Below, piece after piece: positions 9,126 to 19,096 of a DNA stretch of 64,000 bases. A model generated the notes under the pieces. The model was given only the letters and a program-made list of their open reading frames with translations, was not told the origin of the DNA and did no database searches. The DNA is from an uncultured Defluviitaleaceae bacterium. GTDB taxonomy: Bacteria; Bacillota; Clostridia; Lachnospirales; WRAX01. Location: the NCBI GenBank assembly GCA_964583165.1, contig CAZOVK010000004.1, positions 785 to 64,784 on the forward strand, given 5' to 3'. How positions within the stretch are numbered: the first letter of the stretch is position 1; each line of letters begins with the position of its first letter. The translations under genes were made by a program, and so were the position numbers.

Positions 9126-11234
9126 ATGAATAACGAACGAATAAAGCCCGAGATTCTGAGCCCAGCCGGTTCATTGGAGGGCATTTACGCGGCGGCAGCG
9201 GCGGGCGCTGACGCGATATACTTTGGCGGCGGCGATTTTAACGCGCGAAGAAACGCCAAAAATCTGACGAATGATGAAATAGAACTGGCTATACGTCATC
9301 TGAATTTGTGTGGCGTTAAGTCATATCTGACCGTCAATACGCTGTTATCAGACCGCGAATTGCGAGGGCTTCTGCCGTTTTTAGAGTTTTTGAATGACGC
9401 GGGCGCAAGTGCCGTGATAGTGCAAGATTTAGGGGTTGCGCGGATAATTCGCAAAGCCTTTCCCGATATGCCCATGATTGGGTCAACACAGATGTCGATT
9501 ATGAATCTCGACGGCGCGAAGCTGGCGAGGGAGTTGGGCTTTTCGCGCGTTGTTCTGGCTCGTGAACTGACGCTCGGGCAGATTGGGCATATAGCACAAA
9601 ACGCGGGCATTGAAACCGAGGTTTTCGCGCATGGCGCGCTTTGTATGTGCTATTCGGGGCAGTGTTATATGTCGGGGTTTATCGGCGGAAGAAGTGGGAA
9701 TCGGGGGCTTTGCGCCCAACCGTGTCGCAAGCCGTATACTTACGGAGATTCGAAAATGAAGCCGCTTTTGAGCCTTAAAGACTTAAACCTTATTGACTAC
9801 CTTGACGAAATCTCCCAAGCGGGGGTTACGAGTATCAAAATCGAGGGGCGCATGAAACGCCCTGAATATACGGCATTTGTCACTCATATCTACCGTCGGG
9901 CGATTGACAACAATCAACCGCCCACTAATGAGGAAAGACGGAAACTCCACCTCTTGTTTTCGCGCGAGGGCTTCACCGACGGTTATTTGCGTGGGAAAAA
10001 AGGCGAAAAGATGTTCGGAACGCGAGAAGAGGGTGACAGCGCGGCTTTACAGGCTATCTATGACGAAGCGCGGGCGCTTTATGTTGACGTAAAGCCGAAT
10101 ATTCCGCTTGCGTTGACGTTTCACGCATCAGCGGGGAAGCCGATACGGCTTGTTGCTTCTAGCCGCAATATAATAGTAGAAACTCATGGAGATACACCAG
10201 CCGTTGCGCTGAAGAAGGCTTCTACTGATGAGGAAATAAAAAAGAATCTGAGCAAAACGGGCGGCACATCATTTGTTGTTGAGTCAATGGACGTACAGCT
10301 TGACGAGGGCTTGAATATCCCGCTTTCAGGCATTAACAGTTTGCGCCGTGAAGCCATTTTGGAGTTAACGAAACATCTTTCAGCCGCTCCAATCAGGCGC
10401 AAGCAAGGTTATGACTTTTGGATTAGCTCTGAAAACCGTTCTAATACGCCCGAATATGTCTTTTCGTTCTTAAAGCGTGAACAGATAAGCCAAGAGATAC
10501 TCGAAATGAACCCAGCAGCTGTTTATATACCCTTGCGTGAATTCGTGAAACACGCAAATTACTTCAAGAGCTTAATCAGGCGCGGTATCAACACAGTTGT
10601 AACACTTGACCGCATTATTTCTGACGACGAATGGGTCGGCACGATTGAAAACCTCAAACGCGCCAAAGAATGCGGCGCAATGGAAGCACTCTGTACTAAT
10701 CTGGGGCACATACGAGCCGTCAAAGATTTGGGGTATAATATACGCGGTGACTATTCGCTAAATATATTCAACAGCCAAGCCCTACGTATGATAAGTGAAA
10801 TGGGTGTTGTGTGCCAGACACTCTCGCTTGAATCCCATTTCGCGCAGATACGCGACATTTCTAAGGTGTGCGACACGGAGTTGATTGTATACGGCAGGTT
10901 GCCGCTCATGATTACGGAGAATTGCGTTATGCGCGATTGTAAGAAGAGTGGCGGCGACTGTACGAATTGTACGGGGCTTCTCAAAGACAGCACGGGGCGT
11001 GAGTTTGTCGTTATTGGTGAGCCGAACCGCCGCAATACGATATACAACGCGGACATTCTATACCTTGGCGATAAGCGCGAACTGTTTGAGCGCATTGGCA
11101 TAAGGTATGCGCGGTTGAATTTCACAACAGAGGACGCGCGGGAGTGTCTACAAATCGCACAGGCATATCTTGAAGGTAAGGCAGTCAAAATCGAAAACAT
11201 AACGCGCGGGCTGTATACGCGCGGCGTTGAATAA
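9126..11234 (+). CDS. Peptidase U32 family protein with DUF3656 (RlhA-like RNA hydroxylase)
   Basis: ELLSPAG-like start (EILSPAG), AGADAIYFG, HGALCMCYSGQC, NRGLCAQPCR Fe-S motif, KIEGRMK; ATG 9126 preferred. Confidence 0.85.
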   Translation: MNNERIKPEILSPAGSLEGIYAAAAAGADAIYFGGGDFNARRNAKNLTNDEIELAIRHLNLCGVKSYLTVNTLLSDRELRGLLPFLEFLNDAGASAVIVQDLGVARIIRKAFPDMPMIGSTQMSIMNLDGAKLARELGFSRVVLARELTLGQIGHIAQNAGIETEVFAHGALCMCYSGQCYMSGFIGGRSGNRGLCAQPCRKPYTYGDSKMKPLLSLKDLNLIDYLDEISQAGVTSIKIEGRMKRPEYTAFVTHIYRRAIDNNQPPTNEERRKLHLLFSREGFTDGYLRGKKGEKMFGTREEGDSAALQAIYDEARALYVDVKPNIPLALTFHASAGKPIRLVASSRNIIVETHGDTPAVALKKASTDEEIKKNLSKTGGTSFVVESMDVQLDEGLNIPLSGINSLRREAILELTKHLSAAPIRRKQGYDFWISSENRSNTPEYVFSFLKREQISQEILEMNPAAVYIPLREFVKHANYFKSLIRRGINTVVTLDRIISDDEWVGTIENLKRAKECGAMEALCTNLGHIRAVKDLGYNIRGDYSLNIFNSQALRMISEMGVVCQTLSLESHFAQIRDISKVCDTELIVYGRLPLMITENCVMRDCKKSGGDCTNCTGLLKDSTGREFVVIGEPNRRNTIYNADILYLGDKRELFERIGIRYARLNFTTEDARECLQIAQAYLEGKAVKIENITRGLYTRGVE

Positions 11235-11254
11235 TAAAATGAAGGAGTTTTGAC

Positions 11255-12427
11255 ATGAGCAAGAACGATATAGCACAATATATCGATGCCCACAAACAAG
11301 AAATGCTCGATATGTTAGAGAAACTCGTGAACCTAGAGGGCTACTTGTCGGAGAAGGAGCACCTCACAAAGACGGCAACATTCATCAAAGAAGCGTTTGA
11401 AGAAACATGTATGGAGTGTTGGCTGGCCGACGCGGGTGAAGACGTCGCGCCATATGTTTGCGGTGTTCTGGGCAAGGAGCGCAAGGGCAAGCCGTTTGTT
11501 TTCACGGGGCATTTTGACACGGTGTTCAAGAAGGGCACATATGGTGAGAACCCATTCAGGCGTGACAAAGAAAAGGTTTATGGCCCCGGTGTTGTTGACA
11601 TGCGCGGAGGCATCATTGTAGCGCTTTACGCTATCAAGGCGCTGAACGCTGTCGGCTACGACGCACGCCCGATTAAGATTTGTTTTGTGTCGGACGAAGA
11701 GGGCAAGCACCCTCGCACACTGCGCCCGATACATATAATGGAAGAGATGATTGAAGGCGCGGTTTGTGGCTTCAATATGGAAACAGGGATTCCCGAGGGG
11801 GCATTATGCGTGGGGCGCAGCGCCGTCGTGAACGGTAACATCAAGGTCATTGGCAAGGCATCGCACGCTGGCGCGGCTTATTCAAACGGCATTAACGCGA
11901 TTGTTGAGATGTCGCATAAGATTGTTGAGTTGGTGAAGCTCACGAATCTTGAAAGGGGTACGACGGTCAGTTGTGACGTAATCAGCGGCGGTACGGTCGT
12001 TAATGCCGTGCCCGATAAATGCACGCTGAATGTTGATATGCGTTTTGCGACAAATGACGAGATGGTGAATACAATCAAACGCGCCGAAGAAATCTGCAAG
12101 CAGGAGTTTGTAAGCGGCGCAATCACAGAATTTGAGTTTGAAGTCGTCATGCCGCCGTTCGAAACCACCCCGGAGGTCATGCGCTTCTTCGATTACGTGA
12201 AGCAGATTTCTGACGAGAACAGTTATGGCATCACGAAAAGCGCATTTCTGGGCGGCGGTTCTGACGCGTCACGTTACGGCAAGCACAATGTGCCCGTACT
12301 TTGCTCATGTGGAGTTGCAGGGTTGTATAACCACACGCCGCATGAATTCGCCTACATAGCGTCACTCTATGAACGCGCGGAGTTGGCGGCTATGGTGATA
12401 GAAAATTTGGATAGGTTTGAGGTCTAA
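11255..12427 (+). CDS. M20 metallopeptidase (carboxypeptidase G2-like)
   Basis: GHFDTV, GPGVVDMRGG, SDEE, GKASHAG, GGGSD, HTPHE. Confidence 0.88.
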   Translation: MSKNDIAQYIDAHKQEMLDMLEKLVNLEGYLSEKEHLTKTATFIKEAFEETCMECWLADAGEDVAPYVCGVLGKERKGKPFVFTGHFDTVFKKGTYGENPFRRDKEKVYGPGVVDMRGGIIVALYAIKALNAVGYDARPIKICFVSDEEGKHPRTLRPIHIMEEMIEGAVCGFNMETGIPEGALCVGRSAVVNGNIKVIGKASHAGAAYSNGINAIVEMSHKIVELVKLTNLERGTTVSCDVISGGTVVNAVPDKCTLNVDMRFATNDEMVNTIKRAEEICKQEFVSGAITEFEFEVVMPPFETTPEVMRFFDYVKQISDENSYGITKSAFLGGGSDASRYGKHNVPVLCSCGVAGLYNHTPHEFAYIASLYERAELAAMVIENLDRFEV

Positions 12428-12433
12428 CAATAC

Positions 12434-13351
12434 ATGGACATAATTGTACTGCTGTGTAAGCAGATTTTTGTAATGTTTATCTACATGTTCATCGGCGTCG
12501 CGCTCTTTAAGGCGAAGCTTTTGACCCGACAAGGCTCGGCTGAAATCGCGAAGTTATTGCTTTACGTGATTATGCCGCTGTCGTTGGGCAGGTCATTTCT
12601 GACAACTGCCACTGATGAAATGCTCAAGGCGCTACTCATTTCTTTTGTGGCGGGTGTAGTTGTACTAGCGCTGTCTATTCTAACCGCAAGAACGATTTTC
12701 GGCAAGAAAAACATGATGGAACACTTCTCAGCGGCATTCTCAAACGCGGGTTTTATCGGTATTCCGCTCATTCAAATGACTTTCGGGCAATCGGCTGTGT
12801 TCTATATCGCGTCATTCGCGGCTTTGCTGAATATTCTGCAATGGACTTACGGCGTTTTCATTATGACGGAGGACAAGAAACATATTTCATTCAAGAAAAT
12901 CAGAACGAACCCCGTGGTTATCTCGGTGACAATTGGGTTGATTCTCTTCTTTCTGCCAATCGAACTGCCCGATTTAGCGGTTAGCACCATTGGCACGCTC
13001 GCTAATATGAATGGGCCTTTGGCTATGATTGTGTTGGGGGTTTATCTGGCCCAAACGCCGATACTTAGCATTATAACCGACAAGACCGCGTATGCTTGTG
13101 CGTTTGTGCGGCTCATTTTCATTCCTGTTTTTACGGTGTTTGTGCTTTGGCTCGTACCGCGTGAGTATAATCTTATGAAACTGGCGATTCTCACGGCGGC
13201 GTCAGCGCCTGTCGGCTCGAATGTGGCCATCTTCGCGCAACTGTTTGACAAGGATTATACTCGCGCCGTCAAAGATGTGTGTTTGAGTACGCTGTTGTGT
13301 ATTGTGACAATACCGCTCATTATCGCGTTTGCGGAGTTTATTTGGCGCTAA
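12434..13351 (+). CDS. AEC (auxin efflux carrier) family transporter
   Basis: FSNAGFIGIP, NP, PLAMIVLG, APV motifs; about 10 TM. Confidence 0.88.
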   Translation: MDIIVLLCKQIFVMFIYMFIGVALFKAKLLTRQGSAEIAKLLLYVIMPLSLGRSFLTTATDEMLKALLISFVAGVVVLALSILTARTIFGKKNMMEHFSAAFSNAGFIGIPLIQMTFGQSAVFYIASFAALLNILQWTYGVFIMTEDKKHISFKKIRTNPVVISVTIGLILFFLPIELPDLAVSTIGTLANMNGPLAMIVLGVYLAQTPILSIITDKTAYACAFVRLIFIPVFTVFVLWLVPREYNLMKLAILTAASAPVGSNVAIFAQLFDKDYTRAVKDVCLSTLLCIVTIPLIIAFAEFIWR

Positions 13352-13358
13352 AAGAAAA

Positions 13359-13389
13359 AGGCTTCCATGCTTGAATCGTGGAAGCCTTC
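13359..13389. terminator. Terminator between convergent genes
   Basis: AAGGCTTCCA-N11-TGGAAGCCTT with A-rich and T-rich flanks. Confidence 0.75.
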
Positions 13390-13393
13390 TTTG

Positions 13394-14560
13394 TTATTCA
13401 ACTATATTATCGCAATCGTTGAAACGCGCAAGCCGCTTTATAGCCTTTTTAATCAAGCTTTTCTGCTTGCGGTTAGGTTTAGTGCCCGTTTCATACCAGA
13501 TGTTTTTAACCATCAGAGTTTTGGTTTTGCTGTCGCGTATGGCCTCGATGCGCCCGATTATAGAATCACCCAGCAGAATCGGCAGGACATAGTAGCCAAA
13601 CTTTCGTTCAGCCGCGGGCGTATAGATTTCCCACTTGTATTCAAAGCCGAAAAGTGCCTTTATGAGCTTTCTGTCCCAGAGCATACACTCTAAGGGGGCG
13701 AGAAATTCACATCGCACTAAACCGCCGTCAGTTTCTGTTGTATTCTCCAGATAAACTAAATCAGAGGTTTTGCAAAACAACGCGTCTTTAACCCCCTCAA
13801 CGCGTATTTCCGTTATCGCGCCATCATTCAGCAATTCGGCGAATACCATGCGTCGGTTGTCTGCGTTCATGCCACGTATACCTAAAAACGCATCGGAAGC
13901 GCGGTTCCAGAGTATACCCACAGCGCCGATTCGCCGTAAAACCTGCCACTTTATGCGCTCGAATTCAGTCGCAAAAGGGTAGGGCGTGTTCAATATCTCG
14001 GGCGGCACACAATTTTCGGCAAGGTCATAAAACTTAATATTGCCCTTCTTGTGATGTATCGCCAAATCCCCGCTAAGGTAGAACGCTTCGAGCGCCGCCC
14101 GCGCAAGCCTTGTGTCTGACCAGTACCAGCTAACGGTTTCTTCATAGTCCAAATCAGACGAACAGACCGCGCCGCGCTCGCTAATCTCCTGTTTAAGCCG
14201 CTCTGCAATGGCATAAACTGCGTCCTTGCTCTTGATATTCTGGCGAAAGTGCTCGCGCTCATGCGCAAAACTTGGCCAATCACGCATATCCATGACTGAC
14301 AGGTTCTTGTCAAAATAATCGAACAAAACCCTATCGGTATAAAGCAATTCATCGAGATAAGCCTTGCGATAATCCGAAACATGAGCCAATAGGCTCAAAT
14401 CAGGGCTTCTCCCGCAAGCATCCACGGGGTCATATTGTAAACAACCTATTCTATGTATGTACTCAAAAACGCCCTGCTTCCCCGAATAGGCATATGCCCC
14501 GTACAAACCGTTAATTTTGAGCATGAACCGCCGCGCTTCTTCTTTCGTCAGCGTAATCAT
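13394..14560 (-). CDS. YcaQ/AlkZ-family (HTH_42) interstrand-crosslink DNA glycosylase
   Basis: LQYDPV (Q-phi-D motif of the YcaQ-like clade), WDRK..LFGFEYKWEIYTP...RKFGYYVLP. Confidence 0.85.
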   Translation of the reverse strand: MITLTKEEARRFMLKINGLYGAYAYSGKQGVFEYIHRIGCLQYDPVDACGRSPDLSLLAHVSDYRKAYLDELLYTDRVLFDYFDKNLSVMDMRDWPSFAHEREHFRQNIKSKDAVYAIAERLKQEISERGAVCSSDLDYEETVSWYWSDTRLARAALEAFYLSGDLAIHHKKGNIKFYDLAENCVPPEILNTPYPFATEFERIKWQVLRRIGAVGILWNRASDAFLGIRGMNADNRRMVFAELLNDGAITEIRVEGVKDALFCKTSDLVYLENTTETDGGLVRCEFLAPLECMLWDRKLIKALFGFEYKWEIYTPAAERKFGYYVLPILLGDSIIGRIEAIRDSKTKTLMVKNIWYETGTKPNRKQKSLIKKAIKRLARFNDCDNIVE

Positions 14561-14898
14561 TATCTTACGAAGCCCATAGGTTCAAGCAAACGCGCCACAG
14601 ACTCGGCGAAGTCCTCGTCTGCGCCCCATGAGAATCTGAAAATCATACCTTGACCGCCACCTGTGCCAATCGCGTCAACGGTAACCATGCCATTGGCACC
14701 GGCGACAACGACAGTTAAGCTAGCGCGGTTAGATACGCGCATGTAATATTTCTCAAACACCATGACATAAGTCGGGTCGCCGCCTGTGTTGACAACCACG
14801 CTGTCAATGAGCGAACACATGCCGCCTCCCAAGCCCTCGTTAATTACACGCGCTATGTCGGGCGTCGTGCCGCGTCCACGTAAACTAATCTTTGCCAT
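14560..14898 (-). CDS. DUF6054-like protein
   Basis: VFEKYYMR..NRASLTV, GGGQG..F.FSWGA..DF; its stop overlaps the next ATG (TAATG). Confidence 0.7.
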   Translation of the reverse strand: MAKISLRGRGTTPDIARVINEGLGGGMCSLIDSVVVNTGGDPTYVMVFEKYYMRVSNRASLTVVVAGANGMVTVDAIGTGGGQGMIFRFSWGADEDFAESVARLLEPMGFVR

Positions 14899-14907
14899 AA
14901 AATCACC

Positions 14908-15885
14908 TCAATTAGAATATCTGTGTTTCGGGTGGCGCTTTCGGCGCTCTGCCTCTTTTTCTAGCTTCTTATATTCGTTGAAACGTGCGCGTGAAAGCTT
15001 GCCTGTACGTATGGCGTTTGTGACGGCGCAATCGGGCTCGTTTGTATGTGTGCAGTCAGAGAAGCGGCATTCACCTGCAAGTTCGAGAATGTCGGCAAAG
15101 GTTTCGTTCACGCCTTCCTCTGCTTCCCAAAGCCCTATACTTCTCATACCAGGGGTATCGATGACGATTACGCCTGAATCGAGCAAATACAACTGTCTAT
15201 GCGTCGTTGTATGCTTTCCGCGCCCATCGTCTTCGCGTATGCCGCCCGTTTTCATGAGTTCCTTACCCGCAAGCGCGTTTATGAGCGTCGATTTGCCAAC
15301 GCCCGAAGAACCCAGAAATACCAACGTTTTGCGGGGTTCTAAAGCCGCTCGAAGTTCGTTCATGCCATAATCCGTCACGGTACTTATCGCAAAAACAGGC
15401 GCATCACCCGCGATTTCTCTTGTTTGCTCTAGTTCTGCCGAAAAATCTGTTTTTACATCAGCCTTGGTCAACACAATTATCGGCAACGCCCCTGTTTCGC
15501 GCGTTATCGCCAAATACCTCACAATGCGGTTGACCTTGAAATTCTGGTTTAGTGATGTCAAAATTAGTACGTAGTCAAAATTAGCCGCCACTGCCTGCAT
15601 ACCCTTGCGAGGGTCTGGGTCTTGGCGCGTGAAAAATGTCTTGCGCGGTAGTGCTGAGTGAATGATTGAATCGCCACTATCATTCAACTGTGCCCTTACA
15701 AAATCTCCAACTGTGATAAAATCTTTACAAGCTCCACGCAAGCGCGCAAGATACTCACCGTTTTCAGCAATGAGTTCATACCTGTCGCGATGAACCGCCG
15801 AAACACGAGCAGGCGCGAGCCTATCACCCGCGCCAAAATCCTCACTTAAAAATGTGTCGAAGCCGTAATCCGATAAATTCGGCAT
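14908..15885 (-). CDS. rsgA: Ribosome small subunit-dependent GTPase A (RsgA family)
   Basis: OB domain; permuted G motifs TKAD, GSSGVGKST, GKHTTT, DTPG; Zn finger CRFSDCTHTNEPDC. Confidence 0.9.
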   Translation of the reverse strand: MPNLSDYGFDTFLSEDFGAGDRLAPARVSAVHRDRYELIAENGEYLARLRGACKDFITVGDFVRAQLNDSGDSIIHSALPRKTFFTRQDPDPRKGMQAVAANFDYVLILTSLNQNFKVNRIVRYLAITRETGALPIIVLTKADVKTDFSAELEQTREIAGDAPVFAISTVTDYGMNELRAALEPRKTLVFLGSSGVGKSTLINALAGKELMKTGGIREDDGRGKHTTTHRQLYLLDSGVIVIDTPGMRSIGLWEAEEGVNETFADILELAGECRFSDCTHTNEPDCAVTNAIRTGKLSRARFNEYKKLEKEAERRKRHPKHRYSN

Positions 15886-15911
15886 CCGCTTCCCCCTTTG
15901 TAGGAAATCTA

Positions 15912-16562
15912 CTATTTATTGTTCTTGCGTTTAACAAACGCACCAAGTATCACCAATAGACCCAAAACAATCAGAATGCCCGCGCCCACATAACGTAACG
16001 AACCAAACGCCGCGAACGCGCTGAACATATTCATGCTGGAAAGCCCGCCCAATACGAGCAATACAAGCCCAAGCTGTAACGACCATCTGCCGTGTGCGCC
16101 CTTGCCTATGAAATAGACGGTCAAAAAACTAAACGCCATGCAAATCAGAAAGAATCCGCCGGACATATACGGGAAGAACAGAAAGTCCTTCAACATCAAG
16201 TACACGCCCATATATAACAATATCGAAGCCGGGAATAACAACCCGCGCTTGTTCTTATCAAAGTAAAGCACGAAGAAAACCGCGCTGGGCACAATAAAGA
16301 ACATAGCCACAAACCCATTTACACTGAGCGCCCCGCCAAACATGCCATCGAGTATGCGCACGGCCCCAAAATAGGTCAGATACGCGCCTATTATGAGCGA
16401 GAAACTCATTTTCTTCGTCACATACAACAACAAACATGCGCCACCCGCCGCCGTTATCAACACATCAAACAAACTAAACGGCGCAATATTTACAAATATC
16501 GCGAAAACCCCGATTATACAAATGATTATCCCTATAAGCATCTGATTTTTTCTATTGTCCAT
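15912..16562 (-). CDS. Multi-pass membrane protein (envelope-stress-like)
   Basis: 216 aa from ATG 16562 with GGAGG RBS; about 8 short TM helices. Confidence 0.7.
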   Translation of the reverse strand: MDNRKNQMLIGIIICIIGVFAIFVNIAPFSLFDVLITAAGGACLLLYVTKKMSFSLIIGAYLTYFGAVRILDGMFGGALSVNGFVAMFFIVPSAVFFVLYFDKNKRGLLFPASILLYMGVYLMLKDFLFFPYMSGGFFLICMAFSFLTVYFIGKGAHGRWSLQLGLVLLVLGGLSSMNMFSAFAAFGSLRYVGAGILIVLGLLVILGAFVKRKNNK

Positions 16563-16684
16563 AGTGATTCCTCCCCAATGCTTCTGTTCTGTAAGTAGTT
16601 TTGACAATAAGCTGAAAGACGCTTAATTTCAACCAGACTTACTATACAAGTATATACGAACCACTGTGAAAATGTCTGAAAAAA

Positions 16685-17482
16685 TCAGATATTTATGAGT
16701 TTCCCTGTTAGCCCGTTCTCCATAATATACATGATTATGTCGTGTTCTGTCAAGATGCGCGTTTCTGTGTGGATAACTAAGTTGTGACTGTAACCTAGGC
16801 GTTTGTAGATGATGATGATATTGTCATTTTCGACGGCTTTGATGTGCTTTTCGCGCAATGTCCTATTTCGTTTGCAACAGTCGAATAGGTAGTTATACGC
16901 ATCAAGAGCTTTTTGGGCGCGTTGACTGCGTTCGCCCAGAAGCAAGAAGAGGGCAAGCGCAATCATTGACACATTGGGCGGGAAGAGAATCACTTGAACG
17001 ATACCAAGAGCGAATAAGATAACGGCAAACGTCCTGCCTATTATAAAGATGACCCTGTTCGCGTTGATAATTCCGATTATATTGCCAAGAAACATCTGAA
17101 AAACCCTTGCGCCATCCAGCGGAAATATCGGTAAGAGGTTCACAACCGCAATCACTAGATTAAATACCATAGCGTTTTCCCAAAATCCCGCTCCATAAAA
17201 CAAAAGCGCAATCAATCCGTTCAAAACAGGCCCCGCCAGCGCAATCACCACGCGCTTAATAGGCGGCAACATCTCTAACCCGCTAATCACCGCAACTTCC
17301 CCAAGTGGGCTTATGTACCAACTCTTAACTCTACATTCTCGCGCAATTAGCCAAGCCGCCACGATATGCGCGATTTCATGAAGGCTTATGAACAGCACGA
17401 GCATAAAAAATTGCTCTAAATAACCTAGAGCAATCATTATCAGGACAAACAGGTACATAAAAGGTGATACGCGAATCTTCAT
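16685..17482 (-). CDS. spoIVFB: SpoIVFB-like M50 intramembrane metalloprotease
   Basis: HEIAH, IALAGP, NLLPIFPLDG; lies downstream of a spoIVFA-like gene. Confidence 0.8.
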   Translation of the reverse strand: MKIRVSPFMYLFVLIMIALGYLEQFFMLVLFISLHEIAHIVAAWLIARECRVKSWYISPLGEVAVISGLEMLPPIKRVVIALAGPVLNGLIALLFYGAGFWENAMVFNLVIAVVNLLPIFPLDGARVFQMFLGNIIGIINANRVIFIIGRTFAVILFALGIVQVILFPPNVSMIALALFLLLGERSQRAQKALDAYNYLFDCCKRNRTLREKHIKAVENDNIIIIYKRLGYSHNLVIHTETRILTEHDIIMYIMENGLTGKLINI

Positions 17483-17491
17483 ACTACACCT

Positions 17492-17980
17492 CTATGGCGC
17501 GAGTGCGTTTCGTTCCAGATAAACATCTTCACGTGAGCGCAACGCGTTCAAAATATCTTCATCTATGTATAGGCCGTCAAGATAGATTTCTTCTTCTATG
17601 TCGTCAGTTAAAATATCGCCATAATCGTCCGTTTCGCTATAAACAGGAATATCCTGCTCCAACTCGGGTTCAACTGCCTTTTCAAACCCGAAAATTGTTT
17701 TCACCATATCTGTAGCTTTCGTCCATTGAGCGGCTAAACCGTTGTCTGTGTCGGTAATAGCAGGTGTATAGTCTAGGCGAATCGCGTCCTTTAAGTTCGC
17801 GGTCAACGAATTTGTTCCGTCACTCTTAAACAATATAAGTACAAGCGCCGCCGCGAACAACACAGCACAAATAATCGCCTGTGTGATAATCTTTTCAACA
17901 AAACCGACCTTTGGCGGTTCGGGCGTGCGCCGCTTTGTATACCGCCCTCTTGTATGTGTATGTCGCCGTGTAGTAGTCAT
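17492..17980 (-). CDS. SpoIVFA-like single-TM protein
   Basis: Basic N-terminus, Q..IC..LF TM segment; synteny with spoIVFB; AAAGGAGG RBS; sigmaE-like promoter. Confidence 0.6.
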   Translation of the reverse strand: MTTTRRHTHTRGRYTKRRTPEPPKVGFVEKIITQAIICAVLFAAALVLILFKSDGTNSLTANLKDAIRLDYTPAITDTDNGLAAQWTKATDMVKTIFGFEKAVEPELEQDIPVYSETDDYGDILTDDIEEEIYLDGLYIDEDILNALRSREDVYLERNALAP

Positions 17981-18007
17981 ATGATTCCTCCTTTGCTTAT
18001 TCTGTTC

Positions 18008-18035
18008 ATTCTATGCGGGATTGTCCGCGAATAGC
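18008..18035 (-). promoter_or_regulatory. sigmaE-type promoter of the spoIVF operon
   Basis: Minus strand GCTATTC-N13-CATAGAAT. Confidence 0.6.
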
Positions 18036-18166
18036 ACTATAACCAACATAGCCAAAACCCCCGCGCAAAATTCGTCAAAAAATCCAGTGGTAAATGTTTT
18101 GACTTTAAGTTATAATTAGGTTAATTGTAAATATTGCGCGGCAAATGCGCGAAAGCGGTGTATACA

Positions 18167-19096
18167 TTGATTTTAACAGTAACACTAAACCCCGCAGTGG
18201 ACAAACTTTATATCCTTGATAATCTCACGCCCAACGCGGTAAATCGCGTGCGCGAAAGCTACACGTACAGCGGTGGCAAGGGTCTGAATGTCGCGCGAGT
18301 GGCGGCTTTGGCTGATGAAGAGGTTGTTTGTGTGGGATTTGTGGGCGGCGTGACAGGGAAAATGCTCGAAACGCTCGCCACACATCCGAAACTTACATCA
18401 CGCTTCACACACGTTGAAGCCCAGACACGCCTTTGCGTAAACGTGCGCGACAATATGGGGCGGCTTACGGAGTTTTTGGAGCCCGGGGCACCGATTACGC
18501 GTGAAGATTTGGAGAGATTTGTATCTGACTATAGAGCTCAACTGCCCGAAGCGTCAATTGTCGTTTTGAGTGGGAGTTTGCCCGAGGGCGTGCCGTCTGA
18601 TTTTTATGCTCATTTGGTGTATCTAGCGAAGGACGCGGGTAAGCGCGTTATAGTTGATACAAGCGGTGAGGCACTCGCACAGGCTGTTATGGCAGTACCG
18701 ACAATGATTAAGCCCAATATTGCCGAGATACACAGCTTACTCCAAGTGGACGAGAACTCGCGCCAACAGATTATAGAGGGCGCGAAGTCGCTCTATAGGC
18801 GTGGCATTGAGATTGTCGTTTGTTCAATGGGTAAGGACGGCGCGGTGGTTGTCTGTGAAGGCGGCGTTTATCACGGCATCACGACAGAAGTACCCGCGAT
18901 AAACACTGTTGGTTGCGGTGATAGTATGGTCGCGGGCTTCGCGATTGGTATGATGCGTGGATATATGATTGAGGACACGATTAAATACGCGCTGGCGGTT
19001 TCAACAGCCAACGCGCTCACGAAAGAAAGCGGCTCGTTCCGAGCGAAAGATGTGTCGTGGTTACTTACGAAAGTCGATGTAAAGAGGCTTGAATAG
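18167..19096 (+). CDS. 1-phosphofructokinase/tagatose-6-phosphate kinase (PfkB family)
   Basis: TVTLNPAVD, GGKGLNVA, LSGSLP, IKPN, NTVGCGDS; TTG start at 18167. Confidence 0.9.
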   Translation: MILTVTLNPAVDKLYILDNLTPNAVNRVRESYTYSGGKGLNVARVAALADEEVVCVGFVGGVTGKMLETLATHPKLTSRFTHVEAQTRLCVNVRDNMGRLTEFLEPGAPITREDLERFVSDYRAQLPEASIVVLSGSLPEGVPSDFYAHLVYLAKDAGKRVIVDTSGEALAQAVMAVPTMIKPNIAEIHSLLQVDENSRQQIIEGAKSLYRRGIEIVVCSMGKDGAVVVCEGGVYHGITTEVPAINTVGCGDSMVAGFAIGMMRGYMIEDTIKYALAVSTANALTKESGSFRAKDVSWLLTKVDVKRLE

